A stretch of 64,000 nucleotides of DNA from the NCBI RefSeq assembly GCF_000372725.1, contig NW_005202428.1:462679-526678 (forward strand), given 5' to 3'. Source of the DNA: Emiliania huxleyi CCMP1516 (lineage: Eukaryota). A program made the translations under genes and the position numbers. Of this stretch, positions 23,226 to 35,892 are shown one piece after another (the stretch's first letter is position 1; each line of letters starts with the position of its first letter). The notes under the pieces were generated by a model, which worked only from the letters and a program-made list of their open reading frames with translations, was not told the origin of the DNA and searched no databases.

Positions 23226-25700
23226 ATGGATCCATTCGCTGAGCTGGGTTGCCTCGCAGCCACGACGCTCTCTAGCCCAGGCGGAAACGGCAACGGCGAA
23301 GACTCGCCAACGGGATGGGTTAGCGGCAACCCGCAGGGTGGCGGCGTGGGTAGCGGGAACGGCGGCGGCGGCATGGGTGGCTTGGGTGGCTTGGGCATAG
23401 GCGGCTGTGGCATGGGCGGGGCGGGCAGCTGCGGGATCGGCGGAATGACTGCGGCCTCTCCGCAAGAGCAAGTTGTCCCGGCGGCGAAATCGGCCGGCCA
23501 GCACTACGAAGGCTACCAGACCGGCTACCAGCCGCAGAGCCTCGAGCAGCCGCCACACGGATATCCGCCGCAGGGGTTATTTGTGGAGCAGCCGGGCGAC
23601 GACGCCATCGGCAGCGGCTCCAGCATGCCCCTGGCTTCGGACCTGGCCTCGGAGCGGCGGACGGAGATGGCGGGCGGAGAGCCGTCTCCTCTCCGCTCGA
23701 CGCCACCGCAGAAGCTGGAGCCACGGCCGCAACAGCAGCTGGCGCCCGACGCCACACTCGCCTTTGCGGCCCTCGCGCAGGGGCGGCCCTGCCTGCCCCG
23801 GCAAGCACAGCTCGCGCGCCCCTCATCCATCTCGAGCGCGGAGCTTCCCCTAAGCCGTTGCAGAGGCTTCTCCTTGTAGGCATGAGCTGCTGCACTCGCT
23901 CCGCCACCTCTGCCTCGCCGCCGAACTGCCGGCGCACGCTGCGGGCGACCCGTGGGAGAGAAGATGTAGATGCTGAAGGCGTTGCGGAAGTAGCACTCGA
24001 GACGGCACGTATTTCCTTCCTCAATGTGTACCCCTCTCTTGGATGTTCAGATCACTGTCTTCGTAGCTGCCGCGTCAGCCCTTGGCTATCACAGTCGCAC
24101 TTTCGTCCACGGGGTGGCCCAGAAGGCGGGCGCCAGGGGGGGGGGAGGGGGGGGGGGTGAAGTACTTGCCTTCAGTCCCTAGTCTGCACACACTAGGAGA
24201 GCGGTCCGCCGATCGACGCAGACTCCTTTGGGCGCCTCGCCGCCGCCGCCGCCGCCTTCATCGGGGCGGGAGCGCTCCCCGACCTAACGCCTGCTCAGCA
24301 GCAGCAGCTGGGGCAGTGGCGGGAGGGGATGCCAGAGGCGGCGGCGGCCGCAGTGGCCGCGGCGGCGGCGGCGGCGGAGGCGGCGGCGGCGGAGGCGGAG
24401 GCGGCAGCACAGGCGGTGGTGGACGCGCAGGCGCAGCAGCAGCAGCAGCAGCAGCAGCAGCCGCAGCCGCAGCCGCCGCAGCCGCCACAGCAGCCGCAGC
24501 AAGCGTTCGCCATGCAGCCGATGGTGCAGGCGCTGTCTTCGCCGTCGCAGGCTTGGCCGCCGCACACCCGCGAGGCGCCCCAGCCAGCGGCGTGCGCCCC
24601 TGGCGGCGACACACACGGCACCCAAGCCACGCCGATGGCTGCGTCATTTGGCACTGTTGCAAGCGACCCGTTTGGCGCGTTGCAGCCACCGCCGGCGTGG
24701 CAACAGCAGGCGCCGTCCTCGCAGCCGCCCGCGCCGCCCCACGCGCCGCAGCAGGCCGCCTACCCGCAGCCGCCGCAGGCACAGCCAGCGCCCCCTGCTC
24801 CTGCCGGTTTCCTGAGCAGCTACGAGACGCAGGCTCTGCCCACTGCTTTTGGCACGTCCTTTGGAACCTCCGCCCCGCCCGCGCCGGCGCCAGCGCCTGG
24901 GTTCGATTCCTTCTCCGCCCCGCCCGCGCCGGCGCCAGCGCTTGGGTTCGAACCCTTTCCCTCACCGCCCGCGCCCGCGCCGTCGCCTGGCTTCGATTCC
25001 TTCTCCTCGCCGCCAGCGCTTGCGCCGGCACCCACGACCGGCTTCGCCTCCTTCGGCGCTAGCACCTTTGGCGGGCCGCCGCATGCGGTGGCGCCGGCAC
25101 CGGCGCCACCGCCGCCGCCGCCGATCGTTGCGATGGGCGGCCCCGAGTACGCGCGGTACGTCCAGCTCTTCCACTCGCTCTGCCGAGGAAGCTGGGCCAT
25201 CAGCCGCGCGCAGGCGGAGCCCACCTTCAGCCGCGCAAGGTGTGCGCCAAGCCTGATGCGGAGGCCCCCGCATTTGTAGTTCAAGTAGCTCTCGAGGGGG
25301 TAGGTCTTGCTGGCTGTGCTGCCGCACTCTCTCGCAGCACTTGCACACCTCTTGTGCGCTCTCCCGCGATGCGCGCGCCGAATCCTAGCCCTGTCTCTGG
25401 ACGGTGCTTTCATGAGCTCCCCATACCTCCCCATGTCTACCCATGTCTCCCCAACCTCAGACCGCAGGGATCATCCTGACGTAGGCTCCCAAGCGAAGAC
25501 ATTGACGCCGTGTGGGCGCTGTGCGACACCGACGGCGACGGCTACCTCGCGCGCAATGAGTTCGCGGTCGCCCTGCACATTGCCGCGGCGCGCTACAAGG
25601 GCGCGGCGATGCCGCTGCAGCTACCCTCGGGTCTGCTGCCACCGGCGGCGGAGGCTGCGGAGGCGGCGGCGGCAGCACAGGCGGTGGTGGACGCGCAGGC

Positions 25701-25757
<57 letters not shown>

Positions 25758-25988
25758 GCCGCCGCCGCCGCCACCGCCGCCGCCGCCCCCGCCATCGTAC
25801 CAGGAGCAGTACCAGCAGCCGCAGCAGACGCAGTACCAGCAGCCGCCCTCTAGCTACGAGGACTACAGCCGCCCCGCCGGATACGACGACGAGGACAGCT
25901 CCCTGCAGAAGAAGGGCCGCCGCCTGAGCGTCGCCGGCGCCGCCTCCGCAATCAAGTTTGGACACAAGAGGGGCTCCAAGATGGCGCC

Positions 25989-26020
<32 letters not shown>

Positions 26021-26675
26021 GCGAGCACTGGGCGCCCCCCAACCCCAGCGGCGGCGCTACCGGAGAAGGAGGCGGCGGGGACGCCGAGCACGTCCACCGC
26101 TCGGGCCTGCTGAGCGCCAACAAGAGCAAGCGGTGGTGCGTGCTGAGCGGAGGCAAGCTCGACGTCTTCGACAAAAAGGTGCGTGGCGGGAGGCCGCCGG
26201 GCGCCGGCGGCGCAATCTTCCAAGCTCGCCGGCTCCCTCCCTCCGCCCCCCCTCCGCTCAGATCGCGTCCCCCCCCCTGCTCGGCCCACAGGCGGATCAC
26301 ACCAAGCCACCAAAGATGAGCCTCGACCTCCGCGCAGACGTGAGCCCGAGAGAGGGAGCCCACAGAGGGCCACCGGGAGAGAGGGGCGAGAGATGGCCGA
26401 GAGGAGAGGGCTCCGGCGCAGCCGAACGCGCCTGCCGCCGCGGTTGTTGTTCCCAGCGAAGCCCGCTCTCGCCCGGTGCGCAGGTCAGCAAAGTGGCGCG
26501 GAGCGACCTCAAATCCTTCAAGCTCGAGCTCCACCCTGGCTCGCGGCATGCCAAGGCGGCCAAGAGCGCCGGAGGCAGTGCGAGCCTCCTCTTCTCCTCG
26601 GACGACAACACGGAGATCTCGAAGTGGGTGAATGACCTGACCAAGGTGGTGTCGGGGCTGCATGGCGGCCACTGA
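23226..26675 (+). CDS. EH (Eps15-homology) domain plus C-terminal PH domain protein, Pro/Gln-rich (endocytic adaptor-like); 5' exons uncertain
   Basis: EYARYVQLF..ISRAQAEPTFSRA|RLPSEDIDAVWALCDTDGDGYLARNEFAVALHI..MPLQLPSGLLPP; DPF motifs; PH domain RSGLL..KRWCVLSGGKLDVFDKK..LLFSSDDNTEISKWVNDL. Confidence 0.75.
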
Positions 26676-27068
26676 GAAGCCTGGGGAAGACTGGCGCGGG
26701 CGTGTGAGGGTGTGGGTGAGTGGGTGGCCGGGCGCGCGCGCCAGCAGTTGAGGCGAGCACGTGCGCTTCAGCGTGAGCGAGACGCGTGGAAGAGTGTCAC
26801 ACCGTCGGATAAACCGACTTGACTATTACATTTCCGTCTGGCGGAGTTCTCTTGTGGGGAAAAAAGGCGGCACGAACACAAGCCCGCGGTGTTGAGTGTG
26901 GACGGATACTAGCCTCACGAACGACCAAAAATGTCTCTCTTGCTTGCGCGCTCTCTCGTCTCCATCCATGGCGCCGCCTGCACGGTACCGTGCACCGCTG
27001 CACGTCCATCCACGTGTGCAGCCAGCCACCGCACACCCTCAGTCGCCGAGAGGTGCCCCCAGCCTCTC

Positions 27069-28122
27069 TCACGCCGCCGCCGACGCACCGTCGTCCGCCG
27101 TGCCCTCCGCCGCCCCCACGACCGCCTCGTCGGCCTCCGGCTCGGCGACCACCTCGCACGCGACCCTCTCCGCCTTCTTGCTGCGCGGCGAGAGCACCGA
27201 GATCGGCCGGTGGATCGTGCCGAGGACGGAGGCCGCCTTGCCGAGGTAGGACCCCCTCTTCTCCGCCGCTAAAGGGGCCACCCCGCCCTCGCCGGCCTCT
27301 CCCGAGGTGGGAGCCTCTGCCGAGGACGCCTCGCGCTCACGGGCGCTGACGCCCAGCAGGCCCGCCGGCTCGACCGCGGCGTGGAAGGCCTGCTGGAAGC
27401 GCCACACCTCGTTCTCGTCCGGCGGCGAGAAGGTGTACGCCTCGTGGTTCGCACCGACGCCCGCGTGGTACTTTTCGGCACCCCACGCGGTGAAGGACAC
27501 CTGTGGTGCGCGAGGGCGGGCGCGGGCGGGAAGAAGTGTAGGAGGTCGAGGAGGCGCGTGAGAGTCGCAGAGGCGGGCCAGAAGCGCGGGAGGACTCCAC
27601 CTTGAGGCAGCGCTTGTGTGCGGTTGGCGCTCCCTTGTCGCGCGACTCACTGAAAAAGCCGATCTGCAGGAGGTGCGGCTCCTCGGCGTCGATCGCCGGC
27701 GGTACGAGGAGCGGGGCCACGCCCTTGAGCTCCTCGCCCTCCACATCGAGCCACTCCAACCAGCCAGGGTACAGACGAATCAATCGCTTGCCCCAGCCAC
27801 TCTTGCCGGCGACTGTGCCGACCACAGGCACTGTCGCCCGCTTGAGCTTCTTCCACGCGAGGCCCTCCCACAAGACCAGGCCGCGCCCGCAAACTCCAAT
27901 TTCCGCCTCAACCGGAACCGCTCCGTCCACCAGCAGAGAGCGGTCGACGCCCGACCGGGCGACGAGCATGGAGAGCTTGCGGTGCTGTGCCGCTGGCCCG
28001 GAGAAGGAGCCCTTGAGCGACATCTCGTCTTCATCGTCGGTGTTCCTCTCATCACTCACCAGCGGCCCGGTGCACCGCACGCACCTGGCCGCCCAGGCGC
28101 AGCATGCCTCGGGCAGCACCAT
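27069..28122 (-). CDS. PH-domain-like protein (intron ~27502-27601)
   Basis: LVLWEGLAWKK..KSGWGKRLIRLYPGWLEW..HKRCLK|VSFTAW..EAYTFSPPDENEVWRFQQAFHAAV. Confidence 0.55.
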
Positions 28123-28385
28123 CAAAAGCGGTAAGCGACAAACCGGGTCGGATTGCGGACGTGCCGGGCACGCCAAGAAGAAATTTTCGCTGGGTTTGCG
28201 GACTCCGGGTGTTCGGTTTTTTTGTGAATTCCTACCCTGCTCTGTGCCGTTGTCAATGGGTTAGGAAGCCACCGGCAAAAGAATTTGACCATCCTCCCTG
28301 AATGGTGAAGTCCACTTGGGTTGCCCTTGGGTGGGGACCCGATGTTCGCTGCCAAGAGACACCGCAAGAATCTTAAAATACAAGC

Positions 28386-28477
28386 CTCTCTCACAGCACA
28401 CTGGCACGACAAGGGCGCAGACTGGCGCGGACTGGCACACACACCGGCACACCACCGGAGCCGCCTAAGCGACTCCG
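28386..28477 (-). mobile_element. Diverged 3' end copy of the same non-LTR family
   Basis: Minus strand reads GGAGTCGCTTAGGCGGCTCCGGTGGTGT..TGCCAGT..GTGCTGTGAGAGAG. Confidence 0.55.
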
Positions 28478-30759
28478 TTAAGAACGGCAATGCACTCCGC
28501 ACCGTGTACAATGCCGCTCTCCCCGCACGCTAGCTCGTTCACCGTCTGCCACGCCACAGCGGTGTGGAGGACGACGGACAAACGCTGCATCTGCAGGCCG
28601 TGCCAATTCTAGGGCGGTGTCGAGAGCCCGCTCGGCCTTCTCGACAGCCGCCGCTGCAGCCTGGATAGCGCTCGCGGAGTCGGCCGCGGCCGCCATTGTC
28701 TGTTGGTGCCCCTGCTGGGCAAAGGCGAGGCGGGCCTCCGCGTCGCCGATTCTGCTCTGCGGAGGAGCGCACAAAGAGGCAGCGCCTACGGCCTCCAACC
28801 CCACGCCCCCGTGCGACAGGCCCTCTCAACGCGTATGTCGTCCAGGCGACGGAGGAGCTTGCTGCCGAGGCGGTGCCCCGCGGGCTTGGGGTCTCGCTGC
28901 ACTTCGCCCATGAGACCGCGCCGGGTCGGCTAGTTGCGATGCAGCGCCTCGCCCACCTCTCTGGCGCAGCGTACTTTCACGCGGGGCGCTGGCCACAGCG
29001 TTGCGGCCGGCGGCAGGTGCGTGCACACGCCCGCATGCTCTGCGGTCGCTCCTCGTAGGTGCGGCCTCAACGTGCACCCACCTTCGGTCCATGGCACGCG
29101 CATTCCCCTCAACGTCTGTGTGTGGTGGACGGGCAAACCCCTTGAGAGCTGCCGTCCGCCCGTAGGCACGCCTACCGTTCGCTCGTGGTTGTGGCTGCCG
29201 ACGGTCTCCCCCGGCGAGGCGCGCACTGCTCGCTCGCTCCTCTGCCCCGACCATAGTGCCGTGCCGTGACCAGGCGTGGAGACCGCGGGGCCGCCTCCCA
29301 ATCCGAGCAGCAGCGAGGCGGTCGCAGCAGCTGAGGCGGCTCTCCCTTGCCGCGACGATCGACCCCACGGCGACCAACACACGCGAGGAGCTCGTTGGCC
29401 GGCGCCGAGAGAAGCGGCGGAAGGCGAATTGGTGGTTGCGACGAAGAGAGGGTTCCCTCTCAATGTAGGTACGGGAGGCGTGGCGGCTGTGGCAGCGCGT
29501 GAGACAGTGTGTGAGCACGCCCGAGTACGACGCGTGGAAGTACCCCGATGCGTTCGACGAGTACCACTTCAGCCACAGCCCGGCGCTGCTGAAGGGCTGG
29601 TTGGGTAGCGGACGCGCCGCCGCGGGCGACGGTGTGTGTAGGAATCCTGTACTGACTTGTGACTATTGTGTCTGTCAGTGAAGTCAGTACTCTGTGTGTC
29701 TGTGTGCACGCGCAATGTCGAGTTGGGGGGCCCACACCAGGGCATGTGTGTGTGCGGGCCGGCTTATCCTATACCGGCTCCGGTGCCCGCCCCCGCCTTC
29801 GGAAATGCAATTTCCGGGACTTGGAAGTTGAAGTCCCACACGCTTTTCTTTACCTCCCGGCGCGGAGCGGACTTACGGGGGGTGGACCCTGAGTTGACCA
29901 GCGGTTGTGCGCTGGGCCCTCCTGCTCGGCTCCAGCCAGTAGACAAGTCTTGTCATCAACAGAGTGGAAGGATCTGACCTCGGGGCCGATGTGACCAAGC
30001 GCTGGTAGCGTGGTTTAACCTCACACCCATGGTCTCACAGTGTGCCGGCAGTCGCCGAGCAGTGTCGCTCACACAAGCCGCAGCACAAGTGACTGAGGGC
30101 CAGTGAGGGCGAGCCCATCGCTGTCACAGCTGTGGCAGCCGCACAGTGGGCTGTGCTATCTGTGCAGAGCGTGTGAGCAGCAGTGGAGCTGCTCTCCAGG
30201 CTTCAGGCGCAAAGAGCTGCATGCCACCGAAGGCGCTGTCGAGGTTCGCCGAGCGCGGCGCAGGTTGGGGGACACCGTCACCGACGAGTGCGTTGGACTT
30301 TTCACTCCGGACAAAGACAGTGGCACGCGCCGCTGCGCGGTGCGTGTCCCCGTCATAGCGGCGAGGCGCGGGACCGTCTGTGGCGAAGTAGATCGCGTCC
30401 CCCGATTTCCTCAACTCACGGTCCACACCCTCTAGCGGCCAGGCGTTGGAGGCCGAGGAGATGCGGTTGATGTGGCTGAGGGAGGGGGCGAGCCTGCTCC
30501 GCAGGACGCCACGCCCCTCGGGGCGAAGAAGGCGGGCAAGCGTGCAGCGGAGGCGGCGCGCAGGGCCCGGGGTGGGCGTCGTAAGGGTGAGTGAGGGCGA
30601 TCGATTGCCGCCTCCCCCCTTCGTTCGCCCACCTCGACGCCTTCGTGTAGGCGCCCCCGCGACTGTGCCTCTTTTGGTACTGTGGCGTACCTGTGTCGAA
30701 CCTGTGTGCGAGAGAGAAGGGATTCTATTTGAATTCTTTACCTCCCTACCGGGTACCCC

Positions 30760-32604
30760 GTGCGGGGGTGGCCTCCTCCGCTCCTCCAGCACGCCCTCAT
30801 GCCCGGCCGAACCGGCACTGGCAAAGGGCGCGCAGTTGCTTCAACGGCGTCACAGGCTGCGTCGCTCGCGATCCCGAAAAAGATCGAGACAGCGGCGGCG
30901 AACGGCAAGGCGGGCGTGGTGCAGACGTGGCTCGCCGGGGACGGGCAGGTTGACGCGACGTGCGTGCATCGCGGCGTGAGTGGCTGTACGCTCCTGCTGA
31001 TCGCCGCCGGACACGATCACAAGCAGCTGGTCGAGGTTCTGCTGAAGCGGGGCGCGAAGGTGAACGCGAGAGACAGCAACGGAGTCACGGCGCTGATGGC
31101 CGCGGCCATCAACCACCACGTGCAGGTGGTCGAGACGCTGCTGCAGCACGGCGCGGAGATCAACCTTCAGGACAGCGTCGGCTGCACCACGCTGATGCTG
31201 GCCGCCGACCAAGGCTGCGAGCGCGTGGTCGACTTGCTTCTGCGGCACGGGGCAGAGGTCGACCTGCAGGACGTTAGCGGCTGCACTGCGCTCACGGGCG
31301 CCGCCGACTACGGCCACCCTGCCGTCGTGCTCCAGTTGCTGCGGGCGGGCGCAGACATGGCGCTGCGCACTGCGGGGGGCAAGACGGCGCTGCAGATCGC
31401 CAAAGAGAAGGGTCACACCGAGTGCGTCGCCGCCGTCAAGACGTTTCTTGGCGAGGTGGCGGCTAAGAGGCGCGACGCGGCGGCGGTCGAGGCGGGCGGC
31501 GCGGGGGCGGACGGCGATGCCGCCTCGGGCAAGGGGGCGGCGGCGGCACCAACTGCCGCGCCCGTTTCTGGCCGCGTGGAGAGCGGAACGGGCGAGGACG
31601 CCGTCCCCGAGGAGGTCGTGGAGGCGGCTGAGCAAGGCGAGGAGGCGGCGGTGCTGACGTGGCTCGACGGCGGCGGGCGGGTGGATGCGACTTTCACTGT
31701 TGCGGGTGTGAGCGGCTTTACGCTGCTGGTGTACGCCGCCCTCTACGGCCACGAGCGGCTGGCCACGACGTTGCTGCAGCGTGGCGCCTCGATCGACCTG
31801 CAGAGCAGCGACGGCATCACCGCACTGATGGGCGCCGCCTACACAAACCACCCCGCGGCCGTACTCTGCCTGCTGCGGGCGGGCGCCGACATGGAACTGC
31901 GCACGGCGAGTGGACGCACAGCGCTGCAGCTTGCCAAGAAGGAGGGCAGCACCGAGTGCGTGCGCGCCCTTGAGGAGCATGCGGCGGCCGAGGCGGCGGC
32001 CGAGGCGGTGGCGAAGGAGGCGGCGTGGGCTGCGGAGGCGGCGGAGAGGGCGGCGGAGCGGGCGGCGGCGGAGGCGGAGGCGGCGCGGCACGCCGAGGAG
32101 CTGCTGGCGGAGGTCGAGGCGGAGAAGCGCGGCAAGGGCAAGGGCAAGAAGAAGAAGAAGGGCGGTGGGAGCGGCGCCGTTGGGCCGTCGCAGGAGCCCG
32201 AGGCGGCGGTGGAGGGTGCAGAGGCGCCATCAGAGGGTGCCGAGGTGCTGTCGGAGGCAGCCACAGCCGAGGCCGCAAAGAAGGCCGAGGAGGCGAGATT
32301 GATCAGGCTTCTCGAAAGTTGTCACGAGGAGAGGATCCGGCTCGGCATCACGGCGGAGAGCCAGGCAGCGGCTTTAGCTGAGATGGTCGAGGCGGAGCGC
32401 TTGGCCGAGGAGGCGGAGGAAGAGGAGGAGGAGGCAGAGGCGGAGGAGGAGGAAGCCGCGGCCGAGGAGGAAGCCGCGGCCGCGGCACTTGCGGCAGCTG
32501 AGGCGGCGATGGCCGCCGCAAAGGCGAGGCGCGCGGCCGCTGCGAAGGCCAAGGCAGCCGCTGCAAGGAAGGCGGCGGACCCTGCTTGCCCGGCAGGATC
32601 ATAG
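30760..32604 (+). CDS. Ankyrin-repeat protein (two ankyrin blocks, Ala/Glu-rich coiled-coil tail); true start uncertain
   Basis: Repeats such as GVTALMAAAINHHVQVVETLLQHGAEINLQD; the block leader TWLxGxGxVDAT resembles that of the 3863 gene. Confidence 0.85.
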   Translation: MRGWPPPLLQHALMPGRTGTGKGRAVASTASQAASLAIPKKIETAAANGKAGVVQTWLAGDGQVDATCVHRGVSGCTLLLIAAGHDHKQLVEVLLKRGAKVNARDSNGVTALMAAAINHHVQVVETLLQHGAEINLQDSVGCTTLMLAADQGCERVVDLLLRHGAEVDLQDVSGCTALTGAADYGHPAVVLQLLRAGADMALRTAGGKTALQIAKEKGHTECVAAVKTFLGEVAAKRRDAAAVEAGGAGADGDAASGKGAAAAPTAAPVSGRVESGTGEDAVPEEVVEAAEQGEEAAVLTWLDGGGRVDATFTVAGVSGFTLLVYAALYGHERLATTLLQRGASIDLQSSDGITALMGAAYTNHPAAVLCLLRAGADMELRTASGRTALQLAKKEGSTECVRALEEHAAAEAAAEAVAKEAAWAAEAAERAAERAAAEAEAARHAEELLAEVEAEKRGKGKGKKKKKGGGSGAVGPSQEPEAAVEGAEAPSEGAEVLSEAATAEAAKKAEEARLIRLLESCHEERIRLGITAESQAAALAEMVEAERLAEEAEEEEEEAEAEEEEAAAEEEAAAAALAAAEAAMAAAKARRAAAAKAKAAAARKAADPACPAGS

Positions 32605-32679
32605 GGATAGCATCCCGAAGGGATCCCATCGACGCACGCGAAACACATGCATGCGGCGCAAGCGCCGCATGCATTCTGC

Positions 32680-32745
32680 GACGGCTCTGGCGACGGCTCT
32701 GGCGACGGCTCGGGCGACGGCTCGGGCGACGGCTCGGGCGACGGC
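32680..32745. repeat. 12 bp tandem repeat (GACGGCTCKGGC) x~5
   Basis: Direct inspection. Confidence 0.85.
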
Positions 32746-33023
32746 GGCGCAAACGGCACCACACCCCCTCTGGTGCGAGCTGTGGCCCGCGATGCCAGCG
32801 GCCGGCACGTCGGATTATCCGGACAAACGGCAAGCCTCACCCGCACCGCCGCAGAGAACACGCCCACACACGCGCGCCTCCACGCATGGTGCCTGCGCGT
32901 GCGTCGCCGGTTCTCATATGACCCGCTGTGAGTGTTACGAAAGTCGCGAAATTGCTGTTCGTCGGACGAATTTCTTCATCATTTTTCACGAAACGTAACG
33001 AGTCGCCTTGCGCGTTTCCTGCA

Positions 33024-33173
33024 TCCTCGCGGGAGTCGCTTAGGCGGCTCCCGTGGTGTACCTGTGTTAGTGCCAGTGCGCGCCGGCCCCGTGCCCAGTG
33101 AGCAGTGTTGTGCGAGGGCGGGTTGTTAAGTTCTTTTTCCGTGTTAGTGCCAGTGCGCGCCAGCCCCGTGCCC
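33024..33173 (+). mobile_element. 3' end copy of the non-LTR family plus a partial second copy
   Basis: TCCTCGCGGGAGTCGCTTAGGCGGCTCCCGTGGTGTACCTGTGTTAGTGCCAGTGCGCGCC matches 40540-40600. Confidence 0.65.
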
Positions 33174-33175
33174 AA

Positions 33176-33304
33176 AAAGAAAGAAAACAGACAACCCAAG
33201 GGAGGGATGGGAGAACGGCACGCCGCCACCAGAAAGAAAGAAAGAAAACAGACAACCCAAGGGAGGGATGGGAGGACGGCACGCCGCCACCACACAGGGA
33301 TTTT
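33176..33304 (+). repeat. ~60-70 bp repeat, two tandem copies; third copy at ~38383-38456
   Basis: AAAGAAAGAAAACAGACAACCCAAGGGAGGGATGGGAG.ACGGCACGCCGCCACCA. Confidence 0.9.
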
Positions 33305-33681
33305 AAGGAGAGGAGTGTGATGCGCTAGCCGTCGCCCACCCTAGGGAGTCTGCCTCTTCCTATCTCTTTTCGCAGTCTCTCGCCGATTCTCGCTGCAACC
33401 TTCATGCCACCTCGCGGCCGTCCCACTCTCGTCGTTCTCTCCCTTGTCATTTCCTCCTCTGTCGCGTCATTCTCTTCTGCCTCGTCCTGCGCCGCCGCCG
33501 CCTGCCGGTCCCTTGTTCTCTCGGCTTCTTTCGCCTTTCGGCGCAGCTCCGCCCTCCTTGCTCGTTGTGCGAGGGCGGGTCGTTAAATTCTTTTTCCGCG
33601 CTGTCCCCCAGGCCCACACCCCCGGCCATCGTGGCCTCCAGGACACTCTCCAGGACACTACCGTCGCGACGGTATCTGCAT

Positions 33682-35612
33682 ATGCAGCAGGGCCTCCCAG
33701 AGAGCCTCGCCGCCAGCCTCGTCAGGCTCCGAGCCGTGCGGCAGCATCGTGCCGTCCGGCCAGGCCCCGAGTTCAACTCGTGCGTGGATGCGGTTGAGAG
33801 CGAAGTCACGCAGGAGGTGACCCGTTTGCAAGACGAGCTGCAAGAGCAAGGCCGAACGCTGGCACAGCTCAGCTTCAGGCCCGACGTCAAGCTGCTCTCT
33901 CTCGACGAGCAAGCCGTCCCTGCGCTGCGGCACGTGCTCACAAGCAACTCGCGCGTCCTGGAGCGCATGTTCGCCGCGCACACTGCCGAGGCTCAGAGTG
34001 GCACCATCAAGACGGAGGCGACGCTCTCTGTCCTCGAGCACGTCATGAAGTCGCTGCACTGCGCGGCCTGCGCAAACGACGAGGCGGATGCGGTCGTCCT
34101 GCTCGGCGCCTGCGAGCTCGCGGCTCGGTGGGAGCTCGGCGCAGTGTTTCGCTCCACAGCGTCTGCCCTGCGAAACAACTTGGACGCACGCTCGGCGGCG
34201 CTGGTCCTCGCCGCCGCCGACAAGCACGTTGAGGCTGACGCCACGAGCGCAGGCTGGCAGAAGCTGCGCGAGGATGCCGCGGCGGCGCTTGCACGCCTCA
34301 TGCCGATGGGCGCGCTGCAGCCCGCCTTCAAGACGCTGGGCCTCAGCTCCATCCTCGAGGTTGTCAGCCACGTCAAGGAGGACACGGTGACCGTGCCGAA
34401 CCTCGACATTGACATCACGTCGCCCGGCTACACCGGCAGCCAAACCGCTTTCGACGGCCCGCTGAGCAAAGACCTCTTCTGGCGGCCTCGCGACCGAGAT
34501 GGAGTCAAGTTTGACGAGCACAGGCTCTATGCCGAGAAGCGCGACGATGGCTCTCTCGGCCTCTACATGAAGAACGTGGGGCACGTCACGGGCAAGCAGG
34601 TGGAGTTCACCATCAAAGCCAACAACAAGGAGTGGAGGGGCGACAACGATGCTGCGATGTCTACGTTGCCGGCGGGGCAGGGCTTGGGCTGGCATGAGTT
34701 CCTCCCCCCCCAGCAGATCCCGACCGCCGCCGTAGAGGGCAAGATCACCGTTCGCGGCACGGTGACCGTCCCCGCACGGCAGCGCAAGGCCGACGTCCTC
34801 AACATGTGGCTCCTCGCCACCGAGAGCGTCAACGAGCCCCTCGGCCCCGCCGAGCTGCTCCTCTGCTTGCGCGCGCACGCGTGCGACTTTAACGCCGCGG
34901 CCTTGAGCGGGTTCGTGTCACAGCCATCGCTGGATTCGGCTATATCGCCCACTATGGTGTATAGGCCGCCGACACGAACGCGCTCAAGGAGCAGCTCAGC
35001 GAGCGGGGGCTGGACACGTCGGGCGGCGTCAACACTCTGCGGACGCGGCTTCGGGACGCGATGCACGCGGCGCTGCCCGTGGCATCCCCGCCATCGCGGC
35101 TCCGCCATCTCGGCTCCGCGTGCCACGCGCTCGCCGAGCTGACGGCAGTGTTCCTCCCTAAGGCCGTCGCGGACGGCAGCCTGTTTGAGCTCGACGCAGC
35201 GTCCTTCTCGATGGTGCTCGCGCAGGACAAGCTCGTCGTGGCCAGTGAGAGCGCCGTCCTCGAGCACGCCCTGCGCTGGGCGTCGCGTGCGGGCCGCACG
35301 GAGGAGGTAGTGAGCCGCGTGATGCCGCTCGTGCGTTTCCCGCTCGTCTCACTGCTTCGCCCCTCCGCCGCGCTCAAGAGGCTGCAGCAGGCCAACGCGG
35401 TGGTGGCCCAGCTGATCAAGGAGGCGCTCGCGCTGCAGGTCAAGCCTGCGTCGGCGGTGGCGACTTTCGTGCCCACCAGGCACCGCCTGATCGAGGGCGT
35501 GCTGCCCGACGACACCGACGACGTGCCGCGCGCCAAGCGCCGCAAGTACTGCAAGGACGACAAGGTGGCGGCGGTGGACCCCGCCGAGGCGATCTTCGCC
35601 ACTGCCTTTTGA
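33682..35612 (+). CDS. BTB/POZ - MATH-like - SAP - BACK protein (short intron ~34900-34964)
   Basis: PDVKLLS..VPALRHVLTSNSRVLERMF (BTB); SLGLYM..GLGWHEFLP..GKITVRGTV (MATH); ALKEQLSERGLDTSGGVNTLRTRL (SAP); LAQDKLVVASESAVLEHALRW..VMPLVRFPLV (BACK). Confidence 0.7.
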
Positions 35613-35892
35613 GAGATGCAAGGTGGCGGCGGTATTGTACCATCATGTACCACAGATATAGACGGAGGTACGGTCGGAGATCCTTCTACTCTATCTACTG
35701 TCTTGTACGTAGCGTTTGGGGCAACTCTGTCTAGGACTAGGTGGTTTGTGGCATGTGGGCGAGATCGACAGATGCGTACACCGGGATCCAGCGTGCTCAA
35801 GAGCGGGAGAGGGGGGCGGGTGGGAGGGCTCTCGTAATGTTCGCCCGCCTCTTTTCATTTCTTCGCTGCAGCGTTTCTTTTTCTGGCAGATA

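Noticed and set aside
28478..30470. Several short coding-like ORFs
   Set aside because: Could not assemble a coherent gene or recognise a domain.
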